64,000 bases of DNA from Betaproteobacteria bacterium HGW-Betaproteobacteria-4. Lineage in GTDB: Bacteria > Pseudomonadota > Gammaproteobacteria > Burkholderiales > Rhodocyclaceae. The stretch lies in assembly GCA_002840785.1 (NCBI GenBank), contig PHCH01000004.1, forward strand, positions 24,204 to 88,203, in the 5' to 3' direction. Below are positions 36,753-48,400 of this stretch, in pieces. The position numbers and the translations under genes are program-made. How positions within the stretch are numbered: position 1 is the stretch's first letter; each line of letters begins with the position of its first letter. The notes beneath the pieces were generated by a model, which did not search any database, was not told the DNA's origin, and saw nothing but the letters and a program-made list of their open reading frames with translations.

Positions 36753-37673
36753 ATGCGCGTTTTTCGCGGTCATTCGCGTCCCGTTCCCGCTCCGGTTGTG
36801 CTCGCCATCGGCAATTTCGATGGCGTGCACCTTGGGCATGCCGCGCTGGTCAAGCGCTTGGCGCAGGTGGCCATGGAATGCCAGTTGGCGCCTACGGTGC
36901 TGACCTTCGAACCGCATCCACGCGAATTTTTTGCGCCGGACTCGGCGCCGGCGCGGCTGACGACGCTGCGCGAAAAACTTGAGCTGCTCGGCGAGTGTGG
37001 CGTTCGTCAGGCGGTGATCTGTCCGTTCAACGCGGCTTTTGCCGCCCTGTCCGCCGACGAGTTTGTCGAACAGGTCCTGGTGCGCGGTTGCCAGGTCCGC
37101 CATTTGATCATCGGCGACGATTTTCGCTTTGGTCGCGGGCGCGCCGGCGATTTCGCCCTGTTGCAGGAGGCTGGGCAGCGTTTCGGCTTTGCCGTCGAGG
37201 CAATGGGCAGCGTGCTGGCCGACGGCGAGCGCGTTTCCAGTTCGGCCGTCCGCCGGGCGCTGCTGGCCGGCGACATGGAGCATGCGGCGCGCCTGCTGGG
37301 TCGCCCCTATATCATCGACGGCCAGGTGTCGCATGGCCAGAAGCTGGGTCGTCAGATCGGTTTTGCGACGGCCAATCTGCGCATCAAGCACAATCCGCTG
37401 CCGATGACCGGCGTTTTCGCCGTCGAGGTCAGCGGTCTGGGTGACAAACCCTTGCCCGGCGTCGCCAATCTCGGCGTCCGGCCAACGGTGGGCGGCACCC
37501 GGCCCTTGCTGGAAGTTCATCTCTTCGATTTCGATCGTGATATTTATGGTGCGCACATGTCGGTGCGTTTCGTCCATAAATTGCGCGACGAACAACGTTT
37601 TCCCAATATTGACGCCCTCAAGGCGCAGATCGCGGCGGATGCCGCGGCTGCCCGGGCTTTTTTCGAGTTGTGA
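36753..37673 (+). CDS. ribF: Riboflavin kinase / FAD synthetase
   Basis: IGNFDGVHLGH, GDDFRFG, IGFATAN, LEVHLFDF. Confidence 0.97.
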   Translation: MRVFRGHSRPVPAPVVLAIGNFDGVHLGHAALVKRLAQVAMECQLAPTVLTFEPHPREFFAPDSAPARLTTLREKLELLGECGVRQAVICPFNAAFAALSADEFVEQVLVRGCQVRHLIIGDDFRFGRGRAGDFALLQEAGQRFGFAVEAMGSVLADGERVSSSAVRRALLAGDMEHAARLLGRPYIIDGQVSHGQKLGRQIGFATANLRIKHNPLPMTGVFAVEVSGLGDKPLPGVANLGVRPTVGGTRPLLEVHLFDFDRDIYGAHMSVRFVHKLRDEQRFPNIDALKAQIAADAAAARAFFEL

Positions 37674-37682
37674 GCACGCAAA

Positions 37683-40481
37683 ATGGCTGATTACAAAGAC
37701 ACCCTGAACCTGCCGGATACGGCTTTCCCGATGCGCGGCGATCTGCCCAAGCGCGAACCGCAATGGGTCGCCCAGTGGCAGGAGAAAAAACTCTACCAGC
37801 GCATCCGCGAGATCAGCGCCGGTCGTCCGCGTTTCGTGCTGCACGATGGCCCGCCCTACGCCAACGGTGATATCCACATCGGCCATGCGGTCAATAAGGT
37901 GTTGAAGGACATCATCGTCCGCTCGAAAACGCTGTCCGGTTTCGATGCGCCCTACGTGCCGGGCTGGGACTGCCACGGTTTGCCCATCGAGCACCAGATC
38001 GAAAAGCAGCACGGCAAGAACATCCCCGCCGACAAGGTGCGCGAGCTGTCGCGCGCCTATGCGGCCGAGCAGGTCGAGCGCCAGAAGAAGGATTTCATCC
38101 GTCTCGGCGTGCTGGGCGACTGGGGCAATCCCTACCTGACCATGAATTTTTCGGCCGAGGCTGGCGAAATCCGTGCCCTGGGCAAGATTCTCGAGCGGGG
38201 TTACCTCTATCAGGGCCTGAAGCCGGTGAACTGGTGTCTGGACTGTGGATCGGCGCTGGCCGAAGCTGAAGTCGAGTACGAAGACAAAAACTCGCCGGCC
38301 ATCGACGTCGCTTTCGAGGTCCACGAGAACCATGCCGAAAAGCTGGCCAATGCCTTCGGCCTGACCCATCTGCGTGGTCCGGCTTTCGCCGTGATCTGGA
38401 CGACAACACCATGGACGCTGCCGGCCAACGAGGCGGTCAGCGTACATCCCGAGCTGCAATACGATCTGTACGAGACGGCCAAGGGCTCGCTGATTCTCGT
38501 GCATGAACTCGCCGAAGCCAGCCTGCAGCGTTACGGTCTGGAGGCCGAAATCGTCGCCTCCTGCAAGGGCGACAAGCTCGACCAGATCCTCCTCAAGCAC
38601 CCGTTCCAGCCGCGCGATGTGGCGATCATCTGCGGCACGCACGTGACGACCGAGGCCGGTACTGGCCTGGTGCACACGGCGCCGGCACACGGCGTGGACG
38701 ACTACAACATCGGCAAGAAATACGGCCTGCCGGTCAATAATCCGGTCGGCAACGATGGCCGTTTCATCAGCACGACGCCGGCTCTGTCGGTTGGCGAACT
38801 GGCCGGCAAGACGGTCTGGGAAGCCAACCCGCTGGTCCTGCAGGAACTCGAATCCCACGGTCGACTGTTAAAAAACGAGAAAATCAAACACAGCTACCCG
38901 CACTGCTGGCGCCACAAAACGCCGATCATCTTCCGCGCCACGACGCAATGGTTCATCGGCATGGACCACAAGACCAGCGAAGATGCCTCGACGCTGCGCT
39001 GGATCGCCGAGCGCGCCGTCGATGAAACGCAGTTCTTCCCGGCCTGGGGCCGTGCCCGCCTGGAAGCGATGATGAAGACCCGCCCCGACTGGTGCGTTTC
39101 GCGCCAGCGCAACTGGGGGGTGCCGATTCCCTTCTTCCTGCACAAGGAAACCGGCTTGCCGCATCCGCGGACGGCCGAGTTGATCGAACAGGTTGCGCAG
39201 CGCGTCGAGAAATCCGGCATCGAAGCCTGGTTCAGCCTCGACGCCGCCGAGTTGTTGGGAGCCGAAGCCGACCAGTACGTCAAGATGAAGGACACGCTGG
39301 ACGTCTGGTTCGATTCCGGTACGACGCATTGGCACGTCATGCGTGGCTCGCATGCGGCTGACCTCAGCTATCCGGCCGATCTCTATCTCGAAGGCTCCGA
39401 CCAGCATCGCGGCTGGTTCCAGTCCTCGCTGCTTTCCGGCTGCGCCATCGACGGCCGCGCCCCGTACAAGGCGCTGCTGACGCACGGCTTCGTCGTCGAC
39501 GGCAAGGGCCACAAGATGTCGAAGTCCAAGGGCAATGTCATCGCGCCGCAGCAGGTATCCGACAAGATGGGCGCCGACATCCTGCGTTTGTGGACGGCTT
39601 CGACCGATTACTCGGGCGAACTGACCATTTCCGACGAAATCCTCAAGCGTGTCGTCGAAGGCTATCGCCGCATCCGCAACACGCTGCGCTTCCTGCTCGC
39701 CAATGTTTCCGATTTCGACGCCAATGCCGACATGCTGCCAGTCGATCAGTGGCTTGAAATCGACCGCTACGCGCTAGCCTTGACGCGCGAACTGCAGGAA
39801 GGCTGCCGAGCCGACTACGACAAATACGAATTCCATCGTGTCGTCCAGGCCCTGCAGACCTTCTGTTCGGAAGATCTCGGCGGTTTCTACCTCGATATCC
39901 TCAAGGACCGCCTGTACACGACAGCGCCCAAGTCGGTGGCTCGTCGTTCCGCCCAGGCCGCTCTGTGGCACATCACGCAGGCTTTCGTCCGCCTGCTGGC
40001 GCCGATCACCGCCTTCACGGCCGAAGAAGTCTGGCAGGTGCTGACTGGCCAGGCTGACGATTCGATCATGTTCCAGCTCTGGCACGATCTGCCGACGCAG
40101 GCCGGCGAAGGCGCTCTGCTCGCCAAGTGGGCGCTGGTCCGCACTGTACGAGCCGATGTGACCAAGGCGCTCGAAGAACAGCGCGAAGCCGGCAAGATCG
40201 GTTCGGCGCTGCAGGCGGCGGTTGAAATCCACTGTGCTGGCGAGAAGTTCGATGCCCTGGCCTCGCTCGGCGACGATTTGAAATTTGTGCTTATTTGCTC
40301 GTCGACCGTAGCAATCCGCGATGAAAACGAACAAGTCATCGCCACCCCGCTCGACCACGCCAAGTGCGAGCGCTGCTGGCACGTCCGCGAAGATGTCGGT
40401 GCCCACGCCGACCATCCTGGGCTGTGTGGTCGCTGCGTCAGCAACCTGCATGGTGACGGCGAGGCGCGTGCACATGCCTAG
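37683..40481 (+). CDS. ileS: Isoleucine-tRNA ligase
   Basis: [30 protein letters not shown]-terminal CERCW Zn finger. Confidence 0.99.
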   Translation: MADYKDTLNLPDTAFPMRGDLPKREPQWVAQWQEKKLYQRIREISAGRPRFVLHDGPPYANGDIHIGHAVNKVLKDIIVRSKTLSGFDAPYVPGWDCHGLPIEHQIEKQHGKNIPADKVRELSRAYAAEQVERQKKDFIRLGVLGDWGNPYLTMNFSAEAGEIRALGKILERGYLYQGLKPVNWCLDCGSALAEAEVEYEDKNSPAIDVAFEVHENHAEKLANAFGLTHLRGPAFAVIWTTTPWTLPANEAVSVHPELQYDLYETAKGSLILVHELAEASLQRYGLEAEIVASCKGDKLDQILLKHPFQPRDVAIICGTHVTTEAGTGLVHTAPAHGVDDYNIGKKYGLPVNNPVGNDGRFISTTPALSVGELAGKTVWEANPLVLQELESHGRLLKNEKIKHSYPHCWRHKTPIIFRATTQWFIGMDHKTSEDASTLRWIAERAVDETQFFPAWGRARLEAMMKTRPDWCVSRQRNWGVPIPFFLHKETGLPHPRTAELIEQVAQRVEKSGIEAWFSLDAAELLGAEADQYVKMKDTLDVWFDSGTTHWHVMRGSHAADLSYPADLYLEGSDQHRGWFQSSLLSGCAIDGRAPYKALLTHGFVVDGKGHKMSKSKGNVIAPQQVSDKMGADILRLWTASTDYSGELTISDEILKRVVEGYRRIRNTLRFLLANVSDFDANADMLPVDQWLEIDRYALALTRELQEGCRADYDKYEFHRVVQALQTFCSEDLGGFYLDILKDRLYTTAPKSVARRSAQAALWHITQAFVRLLAPITAFTAEEVWQVLTGQADDSIMFQLWHDLPTQAGEGALLAKWALVRTVRADVTKALEEQREAGKIGSALQAAVEIHCAGEKFDALASLGDDLKFVLICSSTVAIRDENEQVIATPLDHAKCERCWHVREDVGAHADHPGLCGRCVSNLHGDGEARAHA

Positions 40482-40953
40482 TGCCGGGCGCTGGTACGCG
40501 CTGGCCGGGCTGGTCGTTGTGCTCGACCAGCTCAGCAAGTGGTTGGTGCTCGAGAACATCGGCTTCGGTGAAACGATCTACGTCGCGCCGTTCTGGAACT
40601 GGGTACTGACTTTCAACCCCGGCGCCGCCTTCAGCTTTCTGGCCGACCAGCCTGGCTGGCAGCGCTGGCTGTTCACGGCCCTGGCGCTCGGTGTTTCCGG
40701 CTGGATCGCCTACATGCTCCGCCAGCATCCGCAGAAAAAGCTGCTGTCGCTCGCCCTGGCGCTGGTCATGGGCGGCGCACTGGGCAACGTGATCGATCGG
40801 GTCCGCTTCGGCGCCGTCGTCGATTTTGTCCAGTGGCATGTCGCCGGCTATTACTGGCCTGCCTTCAATGTTGCCGATTCCGCCATCACGCTCGGCGCAG
40901 TTCTTCTCGTAATCGAGCAGTTGACCGCAACCAACAAAAAAGAGATTTCCTGA
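40474..40953 (+). CDS. lspA: Lipoprotein signal peptidase II
   Basis: [36 protein letters not shown]. Confidence 0.97.
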   Translation: MPSAGRWYALAGLVVVLDQLSKWLVLENIGFGETIYVAPFWNWVLTFNPGAAFSFLADQPGWQRWLFTALALGVSGWIAYMLRQHPQKKLLSLALALVMGGALGNVIDRVRFGAVVDFVQWHVAGYYWPAFNVADSAITLGAVLLVIEQLTATNKKEIS

Positions 40954-41384
40954 TGACCGCCACCGTCCGCTCCGACAGTTTCCTGACCCTGCATTACCGC
41001 ATCAATGCGCTCGATGGCGAAGAGTTCCTGTCCACCTTCGACATGAGCCCGGCCACGCTGCAAATGGGCAGCGGCCAGCTGGCCGAGAACCTTGAGTCAG
41101 TGCTCATCGGCCTGCCGGCGCATGAGCGTTTTGTCTTCGAACTCGAGCCGGCCCAAGCCTTCGGCATGCACAATGACCGCCTCGTCGAACGCATCGCCCT
41201 GAGCGGATTGCCGGCCGGCATGGAACTCAAGGAGAATTCCGTCGTCGAATTCACCGCCCCCAACGGCGGCACCTTCGCTGGCTTCCTGCGCGAGCTCGAT
41301 GCCACGCACGCCTTGTTCGACTTCAATCACCCGATGGCCGGAAAAACGATCCGCTTCGAGGTGGAAATCATCGGAATCATGTAA
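40953..41384 (+). CDS. fkpB: FKBP-type peptidyl-prolyl isomerase (SlpA)
   Basis: DFNHPMAGK; lspA-fkpB-ispH synteny. Confidence 0.93.
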   Translation: MTATVRSDSFLTLHYRINALDGEEFLSTFDMSPATLQMGSGQLAENLESVLIGLPAHERFVFELEPAQAFGMHNDRLVERIALSGLPAGMELKENSVVEFTAPNGGTFAGFLRELDATHALFDFNHPMAGKTIRFEVEIIGIM

Positions 41385-42310
41385 TGGAAATTATCCTCGC
41401 CAACCCCCGCGGCTTCTGCGCCGGCGTCGAGCGTGCCATCGCCATCGTCGAGCGCGCGCTGGAAAAGTTCGGCGCACCGATCTACGTCCGTCACGAGGTC
41501 GTGCACAACAAGTTCGTCTGCGACGACCTACGTGCCAAGGGCGCTGTCTTTGTCGAGGAATTAAACGAGGTTCCATCCGGCAGTACCGTCATTTTCAGCG
41601 CCCACGGCGTTTCAAAGGCAGTTCGCAACGAAGCCGAAGAGCGCGGCCTGAAGGTCTTCGACGCCACCTGCCCGCTGGTCACCAAGGTGCATGTCGAGGT
41701 TGGCAAGATGCGCAACCAGACTCGCGAAGTCATCATGATCGGCCACAAGGGGCATCCGGAAGTCGAAGGGACGATGGGGCAGAGCAACGGCGGAATGTAT
41801 CTGGTCGAAACGGTTGAGGAAGTCGCGACCTTGAAGGTTCTCCATCCGGAAAGCCTCTCCTTCGTTACCCAGACCACGCTGTCTGTTGATGACGCCACTG
41901 TTGTCATAGATGCCCTGAAGCAGCGCTTTCCGGAAATTCAGGGGCCGAAAAAAGACGATATCTGTTACGCCACGCAGAATAGGCAGGATGCAGTTAAATC
42001 ACTAGCCGAAGCGTGCGACTTGGTTATCGTGGTGGGTAGTCAAAACAGTTCAAACTCCCGACGCCTCAAGGAAGTGGCGATTGCTCGGGGTGTAAGGGGA
42101 ATTCTGATTGATGGCCCAGATGAAATTGATGAGGCATGGTTTGCTGGAAAGCGGCGGGTTGGTGTGACTGCCGGAGCTTCTGCTCCCGAAATTCTTGTTC
42201 TTGAAGTGGTCGACCGTATCAAAATGTTGGGGCTTGCTCCCGTGTCGGTGGTTCAGTTCGATGGAGAAAAGGAGGGTGTTTCCTTCCCATTGCCAAGGGA
42301 GCTCGCCTGA
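41384..42310 (+). CDS. ispH: 4-hydroxy-3-methylbut-2-enyl diphosphate reductase
   Basis: [34 protein letters not shown]. Confidence 0.98.
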   Translation: MEIILANPRGFCAGVERAIAIVERALEKFGAPIYVRHEVVHNKFVCDDLRAKGAVFVEELNEVPSGSTVIFSAHGVSKAVRNEAEERGLKVFDATCPLVTKVHVEVGKMRNQTREVIMIGHKGHPEVEGTMGQSNGGMYLVETVEEVATLKVLHPESLSFVTQTTLSVDDATVVIDALKQRFPEIQGPKKDDICYATQNRQDAVKSLAEACDLVIVVGSQNSSNSRRLKEVAIARGVRGILIDGPDEIDEAWFAGKRRVGVTAGASAPEILVLEVVDRIKMLGLAPVSVVQFDGEKEGVSFPLPRELA

Positions 42311-42337
42311 ATTTGCCTCTGCCGCTAACCAAGAGCG

Positions 42338-42913
42338 TCAGGAGGACGAATAGTCTATCTCAACGATCCGCCAGCTCTTGATCGCTTTTCCGCCCGATAC
42401 TCCTGGTCTGAATTTTGCTGATTTGAATAGCTCGACCAGCGTAGTGGCATAGTCTTCTGCGAAATTCGACTCAAGCAATTCCACGTAATCTGCTAAGCCT
42501 TCTTCATTGACGAATACTTTTATACGCATGAATCCTTCATGGTTGAATGAGTTCACGGGGGGGGGGGGGAGGTCCGCTAGGTCCATGACGCTTGCCATTT
42601 GCTCAATGCTGCCAGGCGAGGAATAAGGTGATTCTTCCGGCATCTCTTCGGGAGGCATAGCAGCGTTGGCTGGTATGACGGGTTTCGCCGCAGCATTGTC
42701 GAATGGCATTGAGATCGAGGATGAAGTCTTTATGGCTGGCGGGGGTTTGGCCTGTACAAGACTGACGAGCATGCCCTGGGGGGGGTGAAATAAGCCCAGC
42801 TTTATCGCCTTTTCATCGGTGTGGCATACCATATTTTTTGCGGCAATCGCGTGTGCTACCAGCGATATCAGTATGCTGGCCGTCAAAGAACACCACCTTT
42901 TTCGATTTGTCAT
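42338..42913 (-). CDS. TonB-like protein (N-terminal anchor, Pro-rich linker, TonB C-domain); start revised to ~42913
   Basis: LTASILISLVAH anchor; IKVFVNEEG...AKFRPG...AIKSWRIVEIDY. Confidence 0.6.
   Translation of the reverse strand: MTNRKRWCSLTASILISLVAHAIAAKNMVCHTDEKAIKLGLFHPPQGMLVSLVQAKPPPAIKTSSSISMPFDNAAAKPVIPANAAMPPEEMPEESPYSSPGSIEQMASVMDLADLPPPPVNSFNHEGFMRIKVFVNEEGLADYVELLESNFAEDYATTLVELFKSAKFRPGVSGGKAIKSWRIVEIDYSSS
42557..42569 (-). repeat. 13-bp homopolymer (G13 on +, C13 in the coding strand)
   Basis: Counted directly; encodes LPPPP. A second run of 8 at 42778-42785. Confidence 0.9.
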
Positions 42914-43150
42914 TGAGCAATAAGAAGGTGCAGGTTTGACGGTGCTGATGAATGCCAGATATTTATGACTAATGAGGTGCTGTACCAAAATGCAAATGTC
43001 TGAATATTAGAGTGGGTGCATTTTTGCACTGTCAAGGTCGTTGGGTGTGACCGGTCGTCGTGAAAAATGATCCGCTTGGCAGTCCTGTTGGTCAGATACG
43101 TTGGGTATCTGCGAAGATTCAATCAAACGTAATATGGGCGTGAGGGAAAT

Positions 43151-43681
43151 ATGCGGCGGGTATCGGGTTTCACGTTGGTGGAAATGATGGTTGTGGTGGT
43201 TATTTTGGCAATCCTTGCATCGATTGCCTTGCCATCCTATCGAACTCTGATTGCCAACAATCGTGTTGTGGCAAATACGAATGATCTGATTGCCGATCTT
43301 GCTCTGGCCCGAAGCGAGTCGGCGAAACGTGGTGGTACTTCGGTGGTTACTGTCTGTGCGAGCAGCGATGGAAGCTCCTGTTCCGGAGCAACAGACTGGT
43401 CGGGTGGGCGCCTAGTGTTTATTGATGGAGGAAGCCAGGGGGTTGTTGACGGGACTGACTCGACCACGATATTGCGCAACAGTCGTGCAGTGAGCGGACT
43501 AGTCATCGCATCGAATGGTTTTTCTACGGCAGGGTTTGTTTCTTACTCGTCTGATGGTTCCATTAGTTCGGGCTTGCCTGGAACGATTACGGTCTGTAGT
43601 AGTGGTTTGATCGGCCGAGTTGTTTCCATTTCAAATATTGGTCGTACCTCGGTGGCGGCTACGACTGCTGCTTGCGCGTAG
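43151..43681 (+). CDS. fimT: Type IV minor pilin FimT/FimU (GspH family)
   Basis: Prepilin GFTLVEMMVVVVILAILASIA; ARSESAKR. Confidence 0.88.
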   Translation: MRRVSGFTLVEMMVVVVILAILASIALPSYRTLIANNRVVANTNDLIADLALARSESAKRGGTSVVTVCASSDGSSCSGATDWSGGRLVFIDGGSQGVVDGTDSTTILRNSRAVSGLVIASNGFSTAGFVSYSSDGSISSGLPGTITVCSSGLIGRVVSISNIGRTSVAATTAACA

Positions 43682-43692
43682 AGGAATATCAA

Positions 43693-44112
43693 ATGCTGAT
43701 TCCAGGATTTTCTCATCGGCAGGGTGGTATGGCCTTGTTGGAGGCCATGATTGCGGTTGTTGTGCTTGCTTTCGGTTTGCTGGGGGTGGCGGGACTTCAA
43801 CTTGCCGGGATAAAAAGCAATCAGATTGCCTATGAGCGTTCGGTGGCCACCATGCATGCTTACGGAGTGGCGGATCGAATACGTGCAGGAATGAACACAG
43901 ATGTGTACAAGTCTCCCTCCCTCAGTGAAGCGCAGGCTGCTGCGTCCTCATGGGTTGGCGAGAATGCGTTGTTACCTAGCGAATCGGTGGTTATTTCCCA
44001 AGTTGATAACCGATTCAGGATCACCGTAAGTTGGACGGATAGGTGTAAAGCGGGCGACACGAACTGTTCGTCCGGAACCGCTACAGGCTTCGTGACGGAG
44101 TTTTTGCCATGA
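43693..44112 (+). CDS. pilV: Type IV pilus modification protein PilV
   Basis: QGGMALLEAMIAVVVLAFGLLGVAGLQ...ADRIRA. Confidence 0.9.
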   Translation: MLIPGFSHRQGGMALLEAMIAVVVLAFGLLGVAGLQLAGIKSNQIAYERSVATMHAYGVADRIRAGMNTDVYKSPSLSEAQAAASSWVGENALLPSESVVISQVDNRFRITVSWTDRCKAGDTNCSSGTATGFVTEFLP

Positions 44113-44849
44113 CGCAATCCAGTTCTTCTCTTTCCATAAGCGGAATTGTCTCCTCTGAGCGTGGCTTTTCACTGGTCGAACTGATGGTAGCCATGGTGAT
44201 CGGATTAATCGTGGTCTTGGTGGTGGGGACCCTGTTCATGAACAGTCGGCAGACCTATATGGCTCAGGACGCAAATTCGAGGTTGCAGGAAAATGCGCGT
44301 TATGCAACCGAGTTGTTTGGGCGCCAAGTGCGTACTGCTGGTTATGTGGCTGTTAATTTCAGTCCGTTGTCAGGAGCGAACCTGTTTGCCAAGCCTGCCA
44401 GCTTTACGTTTGTTGGTAAGGCGATTCAGGGGGTTGGGGCCGATTCGATTACTTTGAGTTATGAGGGTGAAAAGGATTGTTTGGGGCAGGTAGCGGCAAC
44501 ACCAATCAAACAAATCAATCTGTTCAGGGTGAATGCTTCCAGCCAGCTTGAATGTGCTGCGGGGGGTAATACCGGGGTGATTCTCGATGATGTTGAGGCA
44601 ATGCAGGTTTGGTACCGCGAAAAAAACAAGACAACCTATGAAGTTGCAAGTGCAGTGAATATGGATAATGTGAGTAGCGTTCGTATTTGCGTGCTTTTGC
44701 GGGCAAGGGCAGATGGAGCGCAGCGTGCCGTTGAATTGGGCGTCAACCAAGTCTATGTTGATTGTTCTGGGGCCTCGGTAACCAAATCGGATGGTTATAT
44801 TCGTCGTGCGATGACCACGACTGTCGCACTGCGGAATCGTATGCCATGA
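44109..44849 (+). CDS. pilW: Type IV pilus assembly protein PilW
   Basis: RGFSLVELMVAM...LQENARYA...LRNR. Confidence 0.9.
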   Translation: MTQSSSSLSISGIVSSERGFSLVELMVAMVIGLIVVLVVGTLFMNSRQTYMAQDANSRLQENARYATELFGRQVRTAGYVAVNFSPLSGANLFAKPASFTFVGKAIQGVGADSITLSYEGEKDCLGQVAATPIKQINLFRVNASSQLECAAGGNTGVILDDVEAMQVWYREKNKTTYEVASAVNMDNVSSVRICVLLRARADGAQRAVELGVNQVYVDCSGASVTKSDGYIRRAMTTTVALRNRMP

Positions 44850-45490
44850 GTCAGGAGTTAGATGTTATTGTCATGACAAAAGTTGATCGGTGTCAAAGTT
44901 CCGTATCGCAGGTGAGAAATGGTATCTGGATGATACGGTTGGTGCCAATGGAGCGTGGTGTCTCGCTTGTGGTTGCCCTTATTTTCCTAGTTATTCTTTC
45001 CGTCCTGGGGCTGACGGCGATGCGTGTGGCAACAATGGAAGAGCGCATGTCGGGTAATTCACGTGATCGCAGTTTGGCTTTTGAGGCGGCCGAAGCTGCG
45101 TTACGCGATGCGGAGTCTGATATTGACTGTTTGAAGTTTGACAGGATTAACCCTTCGCCAGTAAAGCGGAGTACTGGTTGTATTTCCGGCGTGACCGGGG
45201 CTAATGCAACCTGTACTAATGGGCTTTGTTGCGTATTGAACGGTCTGACATGTACGGAGCCGACGGTTCCCGTTTATAAAAACAGTGCCTTGAGTTTCAC
45301 AGCAGCGCCAAGCGTAATGTACGGCACATATACCGGAGCATCAGCGATTGTCGGATTGTCGCAACAACCGCGCTATCTGATCGAGCCTTTTATGGTAGAT
45401 GGGAAGAACTATTACCGCATTACCGTTCGTGGTTATGGCCTAAACGCAAATACTCAGGTCACGCTGCAAGAAGTTTATTACAAGGAGTGA
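44846..45490 (+). CDS. pilX: Type IV pilus assembly protein PilX (start uncertain)
   Basis: RGVSLVVALIFL...EERMSGN.RDRSLAFEAAEAALRDAE; YYRIT.RG. Confidence 0.88.
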   Translation: MSQELDVIVMTKVDRCQSSVSQVRNGIWMIRLVPMERGVSLVVALIFLVILSVLGLTAMRVATMEERMSGNSRDRSLAFEAAEAALRDAESDIDCLKFDRINPSPVKRSTGCISGVTGANATCTNGLCCVLNGLTCTEPTVPVYKNSALSFTAAPSVMYGTYTGASAIVGLSQQPRYLIEPFMVDGKNYYRITVRGYGLNANTQVTLQEVYYKE

Positions 45491-48400
45491 TTGCCATGTT
45501 CAGCTTCAAGACAATTCGTCATGCAGGCATTTTTATGACCTTGGCATTGGCTCTGGGGGGGCATTCTCAGGGGGCTGTAATTGCCATCCCGTCCGGGCCG
45601 CTATATGTTGGTGCTGCTGTAGCGCCATTGGTGATGCTTGATATTACCAAAGATCAGAATCTGTTCAAGAAAGCCTATGACGATTACACCGACCTGAATG
45701 CTGATGGGTGGGCTGAAACAACCTACGATCACACCATTGATTACTATGGTTATTTCGATAGCTACAAGTGTTATTCCTATTCAAGTGCAAACGGCCATTT
45801 TTCTCCGGTGGCTGCATCGCTTACGACGGATGCCTCAGGTAAGTTCGTCAAACCTTCTGACTGTTCAGGGCAATGGCATGGAAATTTCCTGAATTGGGTC
45901 ACCATGTCCCGAATGGATTCCGTGCGAAAGTTGCTCTATGGGGGGTATCGCTCCACGGATAGTGGGACACAGACAATACTTGAGCGCGCTTATATTCCGA
46001 TGGATGCTCACTCTTGGGCTAAATATTACAACCCGTATATGGCAAAGCAACTGGATACTTGGCCATCGCATCAAGGTAATCTTGCTGCACGATATCCGGA
46101 AATTAGTAAACTCACGCCGTATAGTCCAACAACCCAGCCTGTTGCTATTAGCAGCACCAGCAGTAATACGGTTAGTGGAACCCAGGCGTCTCCCGCTGCC
46201 AAGGTGTTTAATGTTGGCTCGAGCACGAACCGGTTTTCATATGGAGACCAGGTGCTGATTGAGTCGGCGACGGATTCCGGAAAGTACATGGTGGGTGCCG
46301 TCAGTTGTGTGAACGGAGCTGGCATAGGCATGTATAACACCCTTGTTGGAGGTTCCGGTAGTTGCGCTACGAACGAAATAAAGGTGGTGGTTGAGAATTC
46401 TGTGGGGAGCGGCACGATATCAAGCTGGAAGATATACAACTCCACGCAGACGGGTATATCCATTTGCAACACGACGGTGGATAGCGGCACTGCAAAATCT
46501 CAGACGTCAACGGCAGCGCCACGCATGCGGGTGGCCAAAGGCAACTTTTCACTATGGTCGGCCAATGAGCGTTGGCAATGTGGTTGGCGAGAAGATGGAT
46601 ATGGGGAAGATACCGGAACCTTGTCTGGTGGAACGAGTACTCAAGGCAATCGGGCTGCGTTGAGCGGCATTTGGGCAAGTTCGATCGGGCCCAATAAAAC
46701 GACAACGGCTTCGGGCCGAGTCAAGAATGGGCTGGATACGGCATCTGGTCCAGACTATAACGTTCGGGTCGAAGTGTGTGTTTCAGCCGCGACGATCGGA
46801 AATGAAAAGTGTGCGAAATACCCATCCGGAAACTATAAACCCATCGGTTTGCTTCAATACTATGGAGAGAGCGGTCAATTGATGTTTGGGATGATGACTG
46901 GCTCATATACCAAGAACAAATCTGGTGGAACGCTCAGGAAAAATATAAGCAATATCTCTGATGAAATAAATACCACCACGAATGGCGTAATCAAGACGAC
47001 ACCTCCGATAACTGGATCGATTATCAAGACCCTCGATAAAATGCGTATCTGGGGTTATGGATATTCCGATGGTAAATATGATGCGGATGGCTCCGGTGGT
47101 TCGACATTTTGCTCCTGGGGGGAAACCAACATTAACCAAGGTAATTGTTTGAGTTGGGGTAACCCGATGTCCGAGGTTTATCTTGAATCGCTTCGATATC
47201 TGGCAGGGAAGACTGCAAATTCAAGTTTCAACGTTTCCAGCGATGTGCTGGGACTGACTTCTCCAACTTGGACTGATCCAATAAGCTCAAGCAATTATTG
47301 CGCGCCTTTGAATGTTCTGGTCTTCAACTCCGCTGTCAATACCTACGAGCACGACAGCCAGATGTCTGGCTCTTCGGACCTCGGGGTGGCAGGAAATACC
47401 TGCGATGCAACCGCCTGGACAGACAAGGTGGGTGTTCAGGAAGGTATTAATGGCAATGCTTGGTTCGTGGGCAACAATGGCTCAGGAAGTACCCCGACTG
47501 ACCTTTGTTCAAGCAAAGCAGTCGCAAATTTGTCAGGTGTCTTTGGCCTTTGTCCCGAGGGGGCTGGTACCGAGGGTAGCTATCAAATGCCGGGGTTGGC
47601 TTATTTTGCCCGTACCAAGCAGATTCGCACACCTGCCTCGCTAGGTGTTCCGTTGTCGGATACGCGCTCCTTAAAAGTTTCGACTTTTGGAATCGCTTTG
47701 GCAACGAATACGCCGAGGAGAACCTTGACGGTCAACGGTTCAAATGTGACGATCATGCCGCAGGGGCGCTTGGTTAATAACGGAGGGTATGGCGCGGGAT
47801 CGCTGGTGGATTGGAAAATTGTTTGCGAGATTCCGCTTGGTGCAACTGCCGCGACCGTTGCGGCAATTACAAAGATCAGTGCCGGGCGTTGCAGTTCAGC
47901 CGGGACGGGGGCGTTTTATTGGAATCAAGAGGATAGCGAACAGGGGGGCGACTACGATCAGGATATGTGGGGACGGGTCCAGTACCAAATTAATGGGAGC
48001 ACGATAGCCGTTACCACTGACGTTATTGCACAGTCAACGCCGTATGCCTTTGGTTTTGGTTACGCTATTAGCGGCACGAACCATGACGGCCCACATTTCC
48101 ACTCGGGTATCAATGGGTTTGCCTTTTCCTATCCAGCAGAGGAAACTAACGCGGCAACAGTAACCGGGGATACCAGCGGCCTTACTTCGAACACATGCAG
48201 CAACTGTACCTTGGCACGCGGGGCCACTACTGCAACCTATACTGTTTTGTCTTCCGCTGTCGATACGGTGCTAAAGGATCCGCTTTGGTATGCGGCAAAA
48301 TATGGCGGGTTCAAGGATGAAAACGGGAATGACAAGCCTGATCAAACTATCGAATGGGATGTAAGAAATGCAGATGGAAGTACGACGGGCTGTACTAGCA

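Noticed and set aside
36720-38858. 712-aa minus-strand ORF and many other long overlapping ORFs (e.g. 35895-36626, 39774-40559, 59997-61022, 61294-62001)
   Set aside because: Antisense or alternate-frame shadows of well-supported high-GC genes; no motifs
43077-43091. Sigma54 promoter TGGCAG-N5-TTGG upstream of fimT
   Set aside because: The -12 element is GG instead of the essential GC
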